A stretch of 64,000 nt of DNA from a virus (Duplodnaviria > Caudoviricetes). The notes beneath the pieces are model-generated. The model was not told the DNA's origin. It searched no databases and saw only the letters and a program-made list of their open reading frames with translations. Of this stretch, positions 48,523 through 58,332 are shown piece by piece. How positions within the stretch are numbered: position 1 is the stretch's first letter; each line of letters opens with the position of its first letter. The translations under genes were made by a program, and so were the position numbers. The stretch covers positions 32,001 to 96,000 of IMG/VR virus record IMGVR_UViG_3300038345_000076, one strand, 5' to 3'.

Positions 48523-51500
48523 ATGAGCGGTTGGACGATATACAGCAAACAGGGAACACCCAAATACAAGGTTGAAAATCTGGAGTTCCGTGACATATGG
48601 ATGGGCGAGGAGTTCGTGACGGTAAGTATCGTCTCCCCCACCCCGATAGAGCTTCAAATAGGCGACTATCTGACGTACAGGGGAGCGACATATACCATCT
48701 ATTCGCTTCCTGCCGCTTTGAAACAGGCAAGGAGCAGCAGTTACGGCGAGGCTTTCAAGTACGATAACGTGAAGCTGTCTGCGCGTAGCACGGAGCTTAC
48801 GGACATCCGATTCCTTGATATTGTTCTCGGAGACAACAACCTTCATTACACGTCGCTTCCCACGTTCTCCGTCTATTGCGAGACCGTTGACGACTTGGTT
48901 GACCGCTTGCAGGCCAACACTGACAGGAACGCTATACAGTGGTTTTTCATCACACCAAACCATTCGAGGACGATGCAGCGATACACTGGTGCTGCTGCTG
49001 TCACGGCGGATGCGCTATGGCATCAGTATTACGATGATGCGGACGATTTGTTTGAGGGCAACACGGAAATAAACGTCTCCGTTGACAAGAAAAGCCTCTG
49101 GGAAGGTCTTGCCTTCATCAAGAACAACTTCGGACTAAACTTCATAACCCGTGACAGGTCATGTATCATCGGTGCTCCTGGTGTTATCGCAAACCATATC
49201 TTCCAGTACGGGAAGGGAAACGGTCTGTATCAGATAGAGCGTGTTGCAGATCAAGACCAGCAGATCGTTACGAAGCTCTTTGCCTATGGCAGTGACAAGA
49301 ACCTTCCATTACGCTACTATGCCACCATCGGAGACGACATGCCGAACAACATGGCTGTCAATGTCCTCATGCTGCCAGGGTTTCCTCAGTATGCACTGAA
49401 CCAGTTGTGCCGTACCACATACTATACCGACGGTACGGGCAAAAGGCATACGAAGGTGCAGATACGCAAGACACCTTCCGCAGGCTATTCCGACATTATG
49501 GATATACTCGGCGAGTACACTATCGGCTTTTCTGATAACAAGCTGCGTCCGTATATCACGTCAGGCAATGTAGGTACTCTCGGAGTGAAAGAGGGAGACA
49601 TCCACTTCACGGAAGAGAACGACGACAATGGCTTGAAGGAGGTGTACCCATCCATCGAGGGCATGACGGCAGGAGACGCAGGTGTAAGCGGTCTTCCTGC
49701 CGACGAGCGTCTTGACGAAATAAAGGCTTGTGATGTCATCGACGACAACGGTGTCTTTGAAGAGGGTGCAGAGATACCTAACTTCAACATATACCTGAAG
49801 CCTCTCGGCTTTGACTTGAAGCAGGCTTACGATGCCAACGGAGGTACGATGGTGATACACCTCAACGACGGCTACTGCGGAGGACGCGACTTCTCCGTAA
49901 AGAGTGTCGAATGGGAGGAGGCGAACAGCAGGTGGAAACTAAACGTAGAGCGTCATCACGACGAATCCCTTGACTTGTACTTTCCCTACTCCTGGGGCAA
50001 GTCCACTGGCGGCTCGTCCTCTGCCAACGAAGCGTATCAGATACGCACTGGAGACCATTTCGTCTTGACAGAGATAGAGATAAGCGATACGTCGTATATA
50101 TGGGCTGCGAGCGTCAAGGCGTTGCGCAAGGCTATCACATGGCTTCTTAACAACGACTACACGCGCTTCACTTATCTCCCGAAGGTTGACGAGATATTCA
50201 TGGCACGTCAGCACGACTCATCTACGCCAGGGACTTCCCTGCATGACACATTGAAGGCTGGAGACGTTATGAACTTCGAGGACAGTGACCTGGATATCGC
50301 AGGTAATGTGTTTATTGATACCCTTACGATCAAGGAAAACGGCAACAACGGCATACCCACATACGACGTAGTGTTACGCAACGACAAGCAGGTAGGCACG
50401 ATGCAGCGAATACAGAACCAGTTGAACTCGCTTTCCTCGTTTGTCTCAGGAGGCGGTGGAGGTCTGAGCATAGCGCAGATACGTCAGTTGATCCAGACAT
50501 ACGGTGCCGACTTGTTTCTCTCCAAACTAAACGACGATACGGCACAGGGGACACTGACTCTGATGAAAAGACTTGTAGTTGGGTTACAAGCAACGTTTAA
50601 CAAAGGGTTTGAATCCAAAGACTATTCAAAACTTGCAGAAGGTGCCGACTTCGGAGATTTTGTTCAAGGGCTTGTAGGAGGTGACGGTGCAAGGATTGAC
50701 AAGAATGGTAACATGGAGGCGACAAGCCTCTTTCTTCGTTCTGAACTCATAGCACCGAAGCTGACATACAACCATGTAGATGTCCGTGTAGGTGATGAAT
50801 GGCAGACAAACGGAGGAGGTGAGATAGCCTATGTTGACGGGTTCTTTACAGACCCAGAGGATAATATAGAAGGCGGTTATATCCATCTGCGTTTACAAGA
50901 AGATGACGAAGGAAATATAGTAGAGTTCGGAACGCTTAAACTGAACGATTTCTGTAAGGGAATCTTTCATAACATGGATGGCGGTTATAACGACACGCAG
51001 ACCACAGATGACGGTAAGGGAGGCAGGACATTCTCAGGCTTCTTTACTTCGTTCTTCAATATCATAGAGGTTAGCGGAGACCATTACGAGACTCTGAAAT
51101 ACAAGTTACGTCCTACCATCACTTCTGGAGGGTTTGACTATTGGATGCGTGACGATGGTACGGCAAGTGGTATGCGTGGAGGTTTCCATCCGTGCGCACA
51201 TATGACCTTTGCACAGTACTCAAACCCACAAGACACGACACGTCAGAATTGTCAGTACCGCACTACGACATATATGCGTATGCTGGCTAACATGACTGGC
51301 TGGGATGAAGGACTTGCCAACGTAGCATTCCAGGTAGGCAACACACCTTTGATAGCAAGTGCCTTTGGAAGTACAGACCCAAGCGGAAGGGCTGCTAATG
51401 CTGGTCGCTACTCCATGTGGATTAACGGCGACATCTTCTTTTCTGGCACACTGAACCGTGTGGACGCATGGGGCAGGGATATAACAGACTACCCAGACCA

Positions 51501-54500
51501 AGGGGATTATGCTCCAACTACTACATACCGTCTCAATGACCTTGTGCACTATAATGGTATCGTTTGGCGGTGCATAAAGGCTTCTGTTACAGGAGAAGCA
51601 CCAGGAAGCAATACGCAAGACCCGTCATGGATTAAATGGATTTATGCCGAAAGCGTAGAACCGATGGGGCATTGGAACAGCACAAGAAGACATTATCCTG
51701 CCAAAGCTATCGTAAACCTGTTCAATGGTGTGTATATGGCTAAGACGGAGACAAACAATGCTCCTCTTGGACTTCTAATGACAAAAGACGGGGAATATAT
51801 TACTACCGATGACGGGGGATATATCATTGTCGATGATACGATTGACTCAGATTGGGAGTTGCTTCTTGATACTGGAGATATAACCAATGGAGAGGATGGA
51901 GAGAATGCTGTTGTCATCAACCTCACAAACGATACTGATAGCGTTTTGACTGACGAGAAAGGAAACATCCCGTCTAGAACATCCTTTCCTACGACAACGG
52001 CAGAACTGTATGACGGACTGAATAAGGTAGTGCAAGGAGTAGTGTGGTCTATACAATCCACTACTGGCTGTACGGCATCCATTGATGCTACCACTGGAGA
52101 ATGTCAGGTACTTACGATGACTGCCGATAATGCCGAGGTCGTCATCATTGCTACTTACAAGCAGAAAACATACGGAAAGAAATTCACTTTCAAGAAACTC
52201 TTAGGCAAAGATAAACTGTGGCTTGATATGCCAGAGGTGGTGTATTACGACAACCCGACAGCAAAGAACATCTCACCAGTCAAATTAGTCATCAGGGCTT
52301 ATATTACATCCGCAACAAAAGGGACGGCACAGGCTATCTATGGAAGCATGAACTGTGGATATGTGAGGGTTGGCGGTTCCAACACAAACTACTATCATGG
52401 TGACGAGGTAGGAATAACATACGATTCTTTCACTAACGGACATCTTATCGTCAACCTCTACGATTCAAGCGGCAATATTCAGGACACAGAGGATATAAGG
52501 CTGTTACAAGAACCAACACAACTCGTTTCAGGAGGGAGGTGGACTTCTACTACTGAGGTAAAGATTAATCACTTCTACCGCTTCGGAGATTCCATATACC
52601 TTGCAAAGAAAGAGAGTGTAGGCATATCACCTGTAATGTCATTGCTTAAAGATTGTGATGGGAACTTCATTACTACCAGCGATGGCGGGTATATCATATT
52701 AGACGACAGAACAAACACAGAATACTACGACAAGTGGGTTACTGACGGCGATGCCGTTAATGCCGTGCGCATTGATCTCGACAACGAGAACGATACTATG
52801 CTGTATGACAATAACGGCAATCTGCTGTCAACTCCTTGCGTATCTAACGCTACACTCTATGAAGGAAACCAGAAGATAAGCAACGCTGTTTTCTCCATCA
52901 TTTCTACAGAAGGCTGTACGGCAGCTATCAACGGAAACAAGATAACCGTGTCTGCAATGTCACAGGAGACTGGCAGTGTCATGGTTGGATGCGTTTACAA
53001 AGGCACACAGTATATCGTCGTGATGAGTCTTACAAGAATCATCAATCAGGATAAGTTTGATATTGTATGCTCTCCGAACAGCGTGGCGTATAATTCCACC
53101 TCAGAGGAGGTACAGACAGGAGGTACTATCGTTGTAGAGGTATGGCGCACACCTGCCAGTGGCGGTGCTCGTGAGAAGGTGCAGAGCCTTGCTACGTATG
53201 GTCTTACGCTTTCCTGTTCTCCTTCTGGAATCATGGGTACTTATTCTGGTGGCAGTGCGACTATAACGGTAAACGCTTCCACTGCTGGAGGTAACGATAA
53301 CATCATCATCATTCTGACAAAAGACGGAAAGACTGTTGATGCCGAGGGCATTCCTATTGTAAAGGCGGAGGATGCCGTTACATACGAAATCGTTGTCTTT
53401 CCAGACGGCTTCAACCGTAACAATGACGGAACGTATAAAGACAGCACCCACACCATTACTTGCCGTGTGTTCAAGATTGCTGGGGAAACAAGAACGGAAC
53501 TCAACAACACAACGTTTGCATCAGAAGGTCTTTCCTTTGCACCGTTAGTCAATGACACACTTATATCCAACCCGTTCCAATGGAGTGGAACAGCTTTCTA
53601 CTGGCAGCTTCCTGTTGTCTATCCATCTGGCAGCAGCACGCTTGTTAAGAAGATAAGCGTACAGGTCAAGAAAAGCAATGCTGTCATCCTCTCTAAAGAC
53701 ATTACATTCTCTTTTGACGGAAAGGAGGGTTTGCAGGGATGTGCCACAAGAGTATCTGAATGGAACGGCGAGTCAGGCTATTACCGCAACGATGAAGGCA
53801 AAAACCTTCAATCTGGCGAGGTTGGCTATATTGACATCGTTGCAAGAGAATCAACGGAAACTCCAGACGGGTATTATTTCTACCTACTAATAGCAGGTTC
53901 TTATTCTGGTGACACGTATCACAGCACAACACCGCCTGAAAACGACACATCACACTGGCTTCAACTGTCTAATGTCGGTCCGCTATACACTTCCCTGCTT
54001 ATCGCCAAGAACGCTTTCATCAAGTTCGGTAGTGGCAATCAGTTCATTATCATTAATTCCTCAAACAACATCGAGGCAGGAATGAAGGGCGATGGAGACA
54101 TCCGTATATGGGCTGGAGGAAGCAATATCGGAACGGCAAACGACACAAATCTTGCCAACGCTCCTTATCGAGTAAAGAAAGATGGTTCATTTGTATCTTC
54201 AAAAGCCGATATTCAAGGGACAATAAGAGCGCAAACTTACTTCTATGACGTACAGACATTAGCACTTCCAAATTCAGACGGACAGTACGTCGGTACTATC
54301 CAAACAGGAAAACAGATAGTGTTTGTAAAGTCTCCTCGAAATCCAAACGGGCAAAACAATATCGTTTACCTGCCATACGCAAACACAAACAACGGTGCGG
54401 TAATAGATATATATTGCTATCCGAATCTGGGTGTATCGTCAAGCAATCAGGGTATTCTCATAGAACCACAGCCTGTTTCTGGGCAAACGATTACTGACCC

Positions 54501-54615
54501 ATATACAGGAGAAAGTCTTGATTATGTTGCACTGGAAATATCTCACAAGGCACGATTCTATTGCAATGGCAATACTTGGATATGGTTAGAGCGTAATATA
54601 AACACATCACAATAA
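48523..54615 (+). CDS. Large tail tip protein (Tal/hub-like N-terminus plus fibre)
   Basis: 2030 aa; FQYGKGNGLY...VTKLFAYGSDKNLP; FLSKLNDDTAQG; internal duplication of about 290 aa. Confidence 0.8.
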   Translation: MSGWTIYSKQGTPKYKVENLEFRDIWMGEEFVTVSIVSPTPIELQIGDYLTYRGATYTIYSLPAALKQARSSSYGEAFKYDNVKLSARSTELTDIRFLDIVLGDNNLHYTSLPTFSVYCETVDDLVDRLQANTDRNAIQWFFITPNHSRTMQRYTGAAAVTADALWHQYYDDADDLFEGNTEINVSVDKKSLWEGLAFIKNNFGLNFITRDRSCIIGAPGVIANHIFQYGKGNGLYQIERVADQDQQIVTKLFAYGSDKNLPLRYYATIGDDMPNNMAVNVLMLPGFPQYALNQLCRTTYYTDGTGKRHTKVQIRKTPSAGYSDIMDILGEYTIGFSDNKLRPYITSGNVGTLGVKEGDIHFTEENDDNGLKEVYPSIEGMTAGDAGVSGLPADERLDEIKACDVIDDNGVFEEGAEIPNFNIYLKPLGFDLKQAYDANGGTMVIHLNDGYCGGRDFSVKSVEWEEANSRWKLNVERHHDESLDLYFPYSWGKSTGGSSSANEAYQIRTGDHFVLTEIEISDTSYIWAASVKALRKAITWLLNNDYTRFTYLPKVDEIFMARQHDSSTPGTSLHDTLKAGDVMNFEDSDLDIAGNVFIDTLTIKENGNNGIPTYDVVLRNDKQVGTMQRIQNQLNSLSSFVSGGGGGLSIAQIRQLIQTYGADLFLSKLNDDTAQGTLTLMKRLVVGLQATFNKGFESKDYSKLAEGADFGDFVQGLVGGDGARIDKNGNMEATSLFLRSELIAPKLTYNHVDVRVGDEWQTNGGGEIAYVDGFFTDPEDNIEGGYIHLRLQEDDEGNIVEFGTLKLNDFCKGIFHNMDGGYNDTQTTDDGKGGRTFSGFFTSFFNIIEVSGDHYETLKYKLRPTITSGGFDYWMRDDGTASGMRGGFHPCAHMTFAQYSNPQDTTRQNCQYRTTTYMRMLANMTGWDEGLANVAFQVGNTPLIASAFGSTDPSGRAANAGRYSMWINGDIFFSGTLNRVDAWGRDITDYPDQGDYAPTTTYRLNDLVHYNGIVWRCIKASVTGEAPGSNTQDPSWIKWIYAESVEPMGHWNSTRRHYPAKAIVNLFNGVYMAKTETNNAPLGLLMTKDGEYITTDDGGYIIVDDTIDSDWELLLDTGDITNGEDGENAVVINLTNDTDSVLTDEKGNIPSRTSFPTTTAELYDGLNKVVQGVVWSIQSTTGCTASIDATTGECQVLTMTADNAEVVIIATYKQKTYGKKFTFKKLLGKDKLWLDMPEVVYYDNPTAKNISPVKLVIRAYITSATKGTAQAIYGSMNCGYVRVGGSNTNYYHGDEVGITYDSFTNGHLIVNLYDSSGNIQDTEDIRLLQEPTQLVSGGRWTSTTEVKINHFYRFGDSIYLAKKESVGISPVMSLLKDCDGNFITTSDGGYIILDDRTNTEYYDKWVTDGDAVNAVRIDLDNENDTMLYDNNGNLLSTPCVSNATLYEGNQKISNAVFSIISTEGCTAAINGNKITVSAMSQETGSVMVGCVYKGTQYIVVMSLTRIINQDKFDIVCSPNSVAYNSTSEEVQTGGTIVVEVWRTPASGGAREKVQSLATYGLTLSCSPSGIMGTYSGGSATITVNASTAGGNDNIIIILTKDGKTVDAEGIPIVKAEDAVTYEIVVFPDGFNRNNDGTYKDSTHTITCRVFKIAGETRTELNNTTFASEGLSFAPLVNDTLISNPFQWSGTAFYWQLPVVYPSGSSTLVKKISVQVKKSNAVILSKDITFSFDGKEGLQGCATRVSEWNGESGYYRNDEGKNLQSGEVGYIDIVARESTETPDGYYFYLLIAGSYSGDTYHSTTPPENDTSHWLQLSNVGPLYTSLLIAKNAFIKFGSGNQFIIINSSNNIEAGMKGDGDIRIWAGGSNIGTANDTNLANAPYRVKKDGSFVSSKADIQGTIRAQTYFYDVQTLALPNSDGQYVGTIQTGKQIVFVKSPRNPNGQNNIVYLPYANTNNGAVIDIYCYPNLGVSSSNQGILIEPQPVSGQTITDPYTGESLDYVALEISHKARFYCNGNTWIWLERNINTSQ

Positions 54616-54641
54616 ATATTAATATTTAAAACATATAGATT

Positions 54642-55157
54642 ATGGATAAATTAGGAAAATTTTTACAGAGAGGTTTGGTGAATGCCTCACCGAGCAGATT
54701 CCTTATGGCAGACGTTAAGGAGAACGAAATGGCAAGTTCCTTGCCACAGAATGTAACGGCGGACTATGTTCGTGCCATAGGTAGTGATGGAAAGAGTTAT
54801 AGAATACCAAGAGCAGATTTCGCAAGCATCATCCGTAGCGAGTTAGGAACAATCTTAAATGGACTGACAAACCAGACCACCGTAACGAAGGTTCCAACGC
54901 TTAACGGATCCACTCTTGGAGCATCAGCTGTTGCAACTTTGGCATCAGTTCTGGGCGTAGAAATGCAAGTGTATGTCAACGATGGTTTCTCTCATGGTAT
55001 GCCTGGATATACGGGAATATTCGTTGGCTTCAACATGACCAATGAACGTGGTGGAGCAATATTCTTTGAAGCAGAAGGGGTGGGTGGAGGTTTCTTCACC
55101 AGTGCTACCGTTAATGGGCAGATTATACAATGGCATCATTTGGCATTTCAATCTTAA
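54642..55157 (+). CDS. Shufflon target gene: constant 103-aa N-terminus plus currently fused cassette 1
   Basis: CTGGGCG at 54951-54957 encodes LG at the constant/variable junction. Confidence 0.85.
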   Translation: MDKLGKFLQRGLVNASPSRFLMADVKENEMASSLPQNVTADYVRAIGSDGKSYRIPRADFASIIRSELGTILNGLTNQTTVTKVPTLNGSTLGASAVATLASVLGVEMQVYVNDGFSHGMPGYTGIFVGFNMTNERGGAIFFEAEGVGGGFFTSATVNGQIIQWHHLAFQS

Positions 55158-55184
55158 CAAAAAGGAGGTATAAGCCTCCCTTTT

Positions 55185-55445
55185 CTGGGCGTAAGAGGCA
55201 GAATTATATTTGAAGATAAGCAAATACAACAGAATGGTAGTTACACTACAGGTTCTCTTGCAGGAGGACTGTATGTGTTAGAATCAACAGTTGGAGGACA
55301 TAATATCGTATTTACGCTATATGCTTCAGGATTGCATGTTATTCAAGCAGATGCTGCACAGATTACAGTAACAGGCAGTATGAGTGCAGGTGTAACAGTT
55401 ACGAATAATGCTTCTGCAAGAAACTTTACGTTAAGGAAATTATAA
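55185..55445 (+). CDS. Silent shufflon cassette 2 (LGVRGRIIFEDK...NFTLRKL)
   Basis: Open frame from CTGGGCG with no start codon; not in the ORF track. Confidence 0.8.
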   Translation: MGVRGRIIFEDKQIQQNGSYTTGSLAGGLYVLESTVGGHNIVFTLYASGLHVIQADAAQITVTGSMSAGVTVTNNASARNFTLRKL

Positions 55446-55466
55446 AAGGAGGGTATTGCCATCCTT

Positions 55467-55715
55467 TTATATTGCTGTAAATGTACACTCTCTCCACCGT
55501 TGCCAAGTATTATTTGCATAAACATTATAAAAGAGTTTTCCGGAAGCTGTACCACTTGCATATTCAAGAGCAATGCGAATAGAATAAATCATAATACAAT
55601 ATCCAAAAGAACATGGTGTGTTATTATGAGTGGTAGAATTGAACCATTCACATTTTACTATATTTGTGGTTCCAAGCAAGTCTGTTACGATAGTATTGTT
55701 ATTGAATGCGCCCAG
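55467..55715 (-). CDS. Silent shufflon cassette 3 (LGAFNNNT...WQRWRECTFTAI)
   Basis: Open frame from an inverted site. Confidence 0.8.
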   Translation of the reverse strand: MGAFNNNTIVTDLLGTTNIVKCEWFNSTTHNNTPCSFGYCIMIYSIRIALEYASGTASGKLFYNVYANNTWQRWRECTFTAI

Positions 55716-55771
55716 CTCTTATTGTTATTGGTGGTTAACAAACAAGGGGTAGCTCTGCTACCCCCATTATG

Positions 55772-56017
55772 TTACCAGGGTACACTGTTGCCGAACAAGT
55801 ATTCCCATCCTGTTGTTATTACGGGTTTTTGGTCATAGGAATATCTAAAGGCTAACGTCCTATTAGAAGTGAACCTCTGAACAATCTGGCCACCTGAAGT
55901 TCTAATAACTTCTAAAATGTAGAATCCATGAGTATTATCCCATCCAACATAGTAACCTTCTTCTATTGTATGGTCTGGGTCACTTACAGAATAATGTTTT
56001 TTGAAAGTTACGCCCAG
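55772..56017 (-). CDS. Silent shufflon cassette 4 (LGVTFKKHY...GNSVPW)
   Basis: Open frame from an inverted site. Confidence 0.8.
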   Translation of the reverse strand: MGVTFKKHYSVSDPDHTIEEGYYVGWDNTHGFYILEVIRTSGGQIVQRFTSNRTLAFRYSYDQKPVITTGWEYLFGNSVPW

Positions 56018-56028
56018 AAAGAATAATT

Positions 56029-56280
56029 CTGGGCGTATGGCGTTTGGCTTCAAGAAGCTCTCAAGAAGGCGATATATCATCATGTGACGAGTGTGTTAAT
56101 GGATATATATACTTTATGACAGTTCAACATCCGTTAAGTAATGCACCTGAGCTTCCTTGTAATGTAATCACATTTAGAACGGATTCAATAGGCTTTCAAT
56201 TTGGATATGGCTATTGGACTGGAAAAATGTATACGCGTGGACTGAACGGTGGTACTTGGTCAAATTGGAAAGAGTTGTGA
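56029..56280 (+). CDS. Silent shufflon cassette 5 (LGVWRLAS...WSNWKEL)
   Basis: Open frame from a site. Confidence 0.8.
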   Translation: MGVWRLASRSSQEGDISSCDECVNGYIYFMTVQHPLSNAPELPCNVITFRTDSIGFQFGYGYWTGKMYTRGLNGGTWSNWKEL

Positions 56281-56311
56281 AATAATGGGACGGTTTAATG
56301 CCGTCCAATTT

Positions 56312-56668
56312 TCACCACTCCATAACCAGTACTCTAAAATATACAGAAAGACCTTCTCTTTTGGTTACAGTCAAACTTCCATCATTATTGAAGGAGAGGT
56401 CAGATTGTTTTATGGCATTTCCTTCATAAATTGTTCCTGCAACTGTTTTTCTACCAAGAACAAAGACGCTGGGTGTCGCTGTATTTTGAGATATAAACAA
56501 AATGCTACACCTGTCACCATCACTTCCTCCAAAGTAGGTATTTGGTATAGTAACACTTGTACCTGATGCTTGTTGTATTGAGAAGCATGAACGAGGATAT
56601 GAAAATACTTTTTCAGACATAATAGTACGAATACCATTAATCCCCTCATTATTTTCAATTTCGCCCAG
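56312..56668 (-). CDS. Silent shufflon cassette 6 (LGEIENNEG...VLVMEW)
   Basis: Open frame from an inverted site. Confidence 0.8.
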   Translation of the reverse strand: MGEIENNEGINGIRTIMSEKVFSYPRSCFSIQQASGTSVTIPNTYFGGSDGDRCSILFISQNTATPSVFVLGRKTVAGTIYEGNAIKQSDLSFNNDGSLTVTKREGLSVYFRVLVMEW

Positions 56669-56680
56669 ATGTAATTAATG

Positions 56681-56947
56681 CTGGGCGTGGTACGTTATAT
56701 TGGAGACATTAATTCATCTTCAAATATAGATGATTTGGTAAGTGGATGGTATAGAATAAGCACAACTACACCTCCTAATTGGTGGTTTAATAACTCAAGC
56801 ACAGATGGACTTGTTGAGGTTATCAAAACACACGCTAACTACAAAATGTTAAGATATACAAGTTTTACTAATGGAGACGTCTATGGACGCTGTTATTTAT
56901 GGACTTCATGGGGCGACTGGAAAAAGTTCACGGCTGGAACATTATAA
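56681..56947 (+). CDS. Silent shufflon cassette 7 (LGVVRYIG...WGDWKKFTAGTL)
   Basis: Open frame from a site. Confidence 0.8.
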   Translation: MGVVRYIGDINSSSNIDDLVSGWYRISTTTPPNWWFNNSSTDGLVEVIKTHANYKMLRYTSFTNGDVYGRCYLWTSWGDWKKFTAGTL

Positions 56948-56975
56948 ATAGTGGGAGGTTTTTTCCTCCCACTTA

Positions 56976-57257
56976 TTATGTTGCATACTCAACCACTGTT
57001 CCTGTGACTTTCCTCCACATGCCAAATCCATTATCCCAGCCTCTGAACCAAAAATCCGATGAACCCTTTGCACAATCAAATACGATTTGCTCTTTGTTTT
57101 GTAAAACATACAAGCAAAACGAATTAGTGAGACCTGTGGGACGATGAGAATGGTTTCGTGTTTGCACCCCAGCTAAAGTGTAATAGCAATGACCAATTTC
57201 GGTATAGTCATCAAAGTCTCCTCCATCACTCTGATAATGGCGCTGTATGCCGCCCAG
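56976..57257 (-). CDS. Silent shufflon cassette 8 (LGGIQRHY...FGMWRKV...)
   Basis: Open frame from an inverted site. Confidence 0.8.
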   Translation of the reverse strand: MGGIQRHYQSDGGDFDDYTEIGHCYYTLAGVQTRNHSHRPTGLTNSFCLYVLQNKEQIVFDCAKGSSDFWFRGWDNGFGMWRKVTGTVVEYAT

Positions 57258-57269
57258 CATTAATCATTC

Positions 57270-57611
57270 CTGGGCGTAGATAGGATTGTGTATACGAATG
57301 GTTCAAACAATCAATCTTTTTATATTGCTTCGTTTGGTAACTACTCGTCTGTCAGAATATTAGGATCGCATTCTAATGTAAACAGTGGTGCTATTGACTT
57401 CACTATATATGGCAATATGGGGGATTTTGTGGCAAAGGGTAATGCTGGACAGAATGGTTATGACATTAAAGTTTACAAAAAGGATTCAAAAATATATCTC
57501 TTTTTTCCTACCGGTATTTCTGTTAATGTTATACTCGTCGGCGGTCTTGGTAAACTAATACAGGAGGCTATACCAGAAGGCGCCACCCAGTTGACTGTTT
57601 CCCCTTATTAA
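57270..57611 (+). CDS. Silent shufflon cassette 9 (LGVDRIVYTNG...LTVSPY)
   Basis: Open frame from a site. Confidence 0.8.
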   Translation: MGVDRIVYTNGSNNQSFYIASFGNYSSVRILGSHSNVNSGAIDFTIYGNMGDFVAKGNAGQNGYDIKVYKKDSKIYLFFPTGISVNVILVGGLGKLIQEAIPEGATQLTVSPY

Positions 57612-57640
57612 CAATAAAGGATGGCTTGTAACCATCCTTT

Positions 57641-57856
57641 TTATATTTCCTTCCACGATGTATAAGAAGCACCTCCATAAACACTAATACGAGTATATAA
57701 GCCACCAATTACATCAGAAATCTTGGAAATAAAAAAATGACCCCAATAATAACTACCTTGCGCTTCAATCAGTAAACCAAAGTCAGCAGGCATCCCTTTA
57801 GAAATTCCATCTCCAGCATAAGATTGAGCTTTGAATTTCCCTCCTAAAACGCCCAG
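57641..57856 (-). CDS. Silent shufflon cassette 10 (LGVLGGKF...YTSWKEI)
   Basis: Open frame from an inverted site. Confidence 0.8.
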   Translation of the reverse strand: MGVLGGKFKAQSYAGDGISKGMPADFGLLIEAQGSYYWGHFFISKISDVIGGLYTRISVYGGASYTSWKEI

Positions 57857-57868
57857 CACTCTAAGACG

Positions 57869-58258
57869 TTAGGCTCCTTCGCTTGGTGTGGTATGGAGGC
57901 TGAATTTGCTTTTGACTACCCATGGTTCCCATTTTTCGTAGCGTGACTCGCGGCTACGGCAATAGCGAATGATTATGGCTTTTTCGTAGTTAAGGATTAA
58001 TAGTTCTTGCTTATTGTCTGTAGGGAAAAACATGACCAATCCTTTTCCTATTATAGTTGGTTCTCGATAATTACCTATTGTGGTAAGACAGGGTGCGTCC
58101 TTTACTAACTTTTCTAGTTCTTCCTCAGGAATAACCGAATTTCCTTCAGGGCACAATGTATTGATGTCTGTGCCATATGGTATATTTTTCTGTGACAACA
58201 TCGCCGCTTGCGCATGGAGTGCCTCTTTAAATTGCTTGTCTCTTTCTTCCTGTGTCAT
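57869..58258 (-). CDS. Hypothetical protein between the shufflon and the recombinase
   Basis: 129 aa; own TAACTTTG promoter near 58279-58286; C-terminal WEPW. Confidence 0.65.
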   Translation of the reverse strand: MTQEERDKQFKEALHAQAAMLSQKNIPYGTDINTLCPEGNSVIPEEELEKLVKDAPCLTTIGNYREPTIIGKGLVMFFPTDNKQELLILNYEKAIIIRYCRSRESRYEKWEPWVVKSKFSLHTTPSEGA

Positions 58259-58332
58259 AATCGTTTTTTAGTTTGCCGCAAAGTTAAGAAAAATCCTTGA
58301 AACACCTTTGTTTTATTCTGATTATTTATATT

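Larger units (their letters stand above)
54951..57856. repeat. Ten CTGGGCG recombination sites. Plus strand: 54951, 55185, 56029, 56681, 57270. Minus strand: 55709, 56011, 56662, 57251, 57850.
   Basis: Every site opens a reading frame beginning Leu-Gly. Confidence 0.9.

Noticed and set aside
55500-57147. Alternative ORFs in the shufflon (55500-55838, 56249-56566, 56410-56658, 56899-57147)
   Set aside because: They are out of register with the CTGGGCG sites and cross the hairpins.
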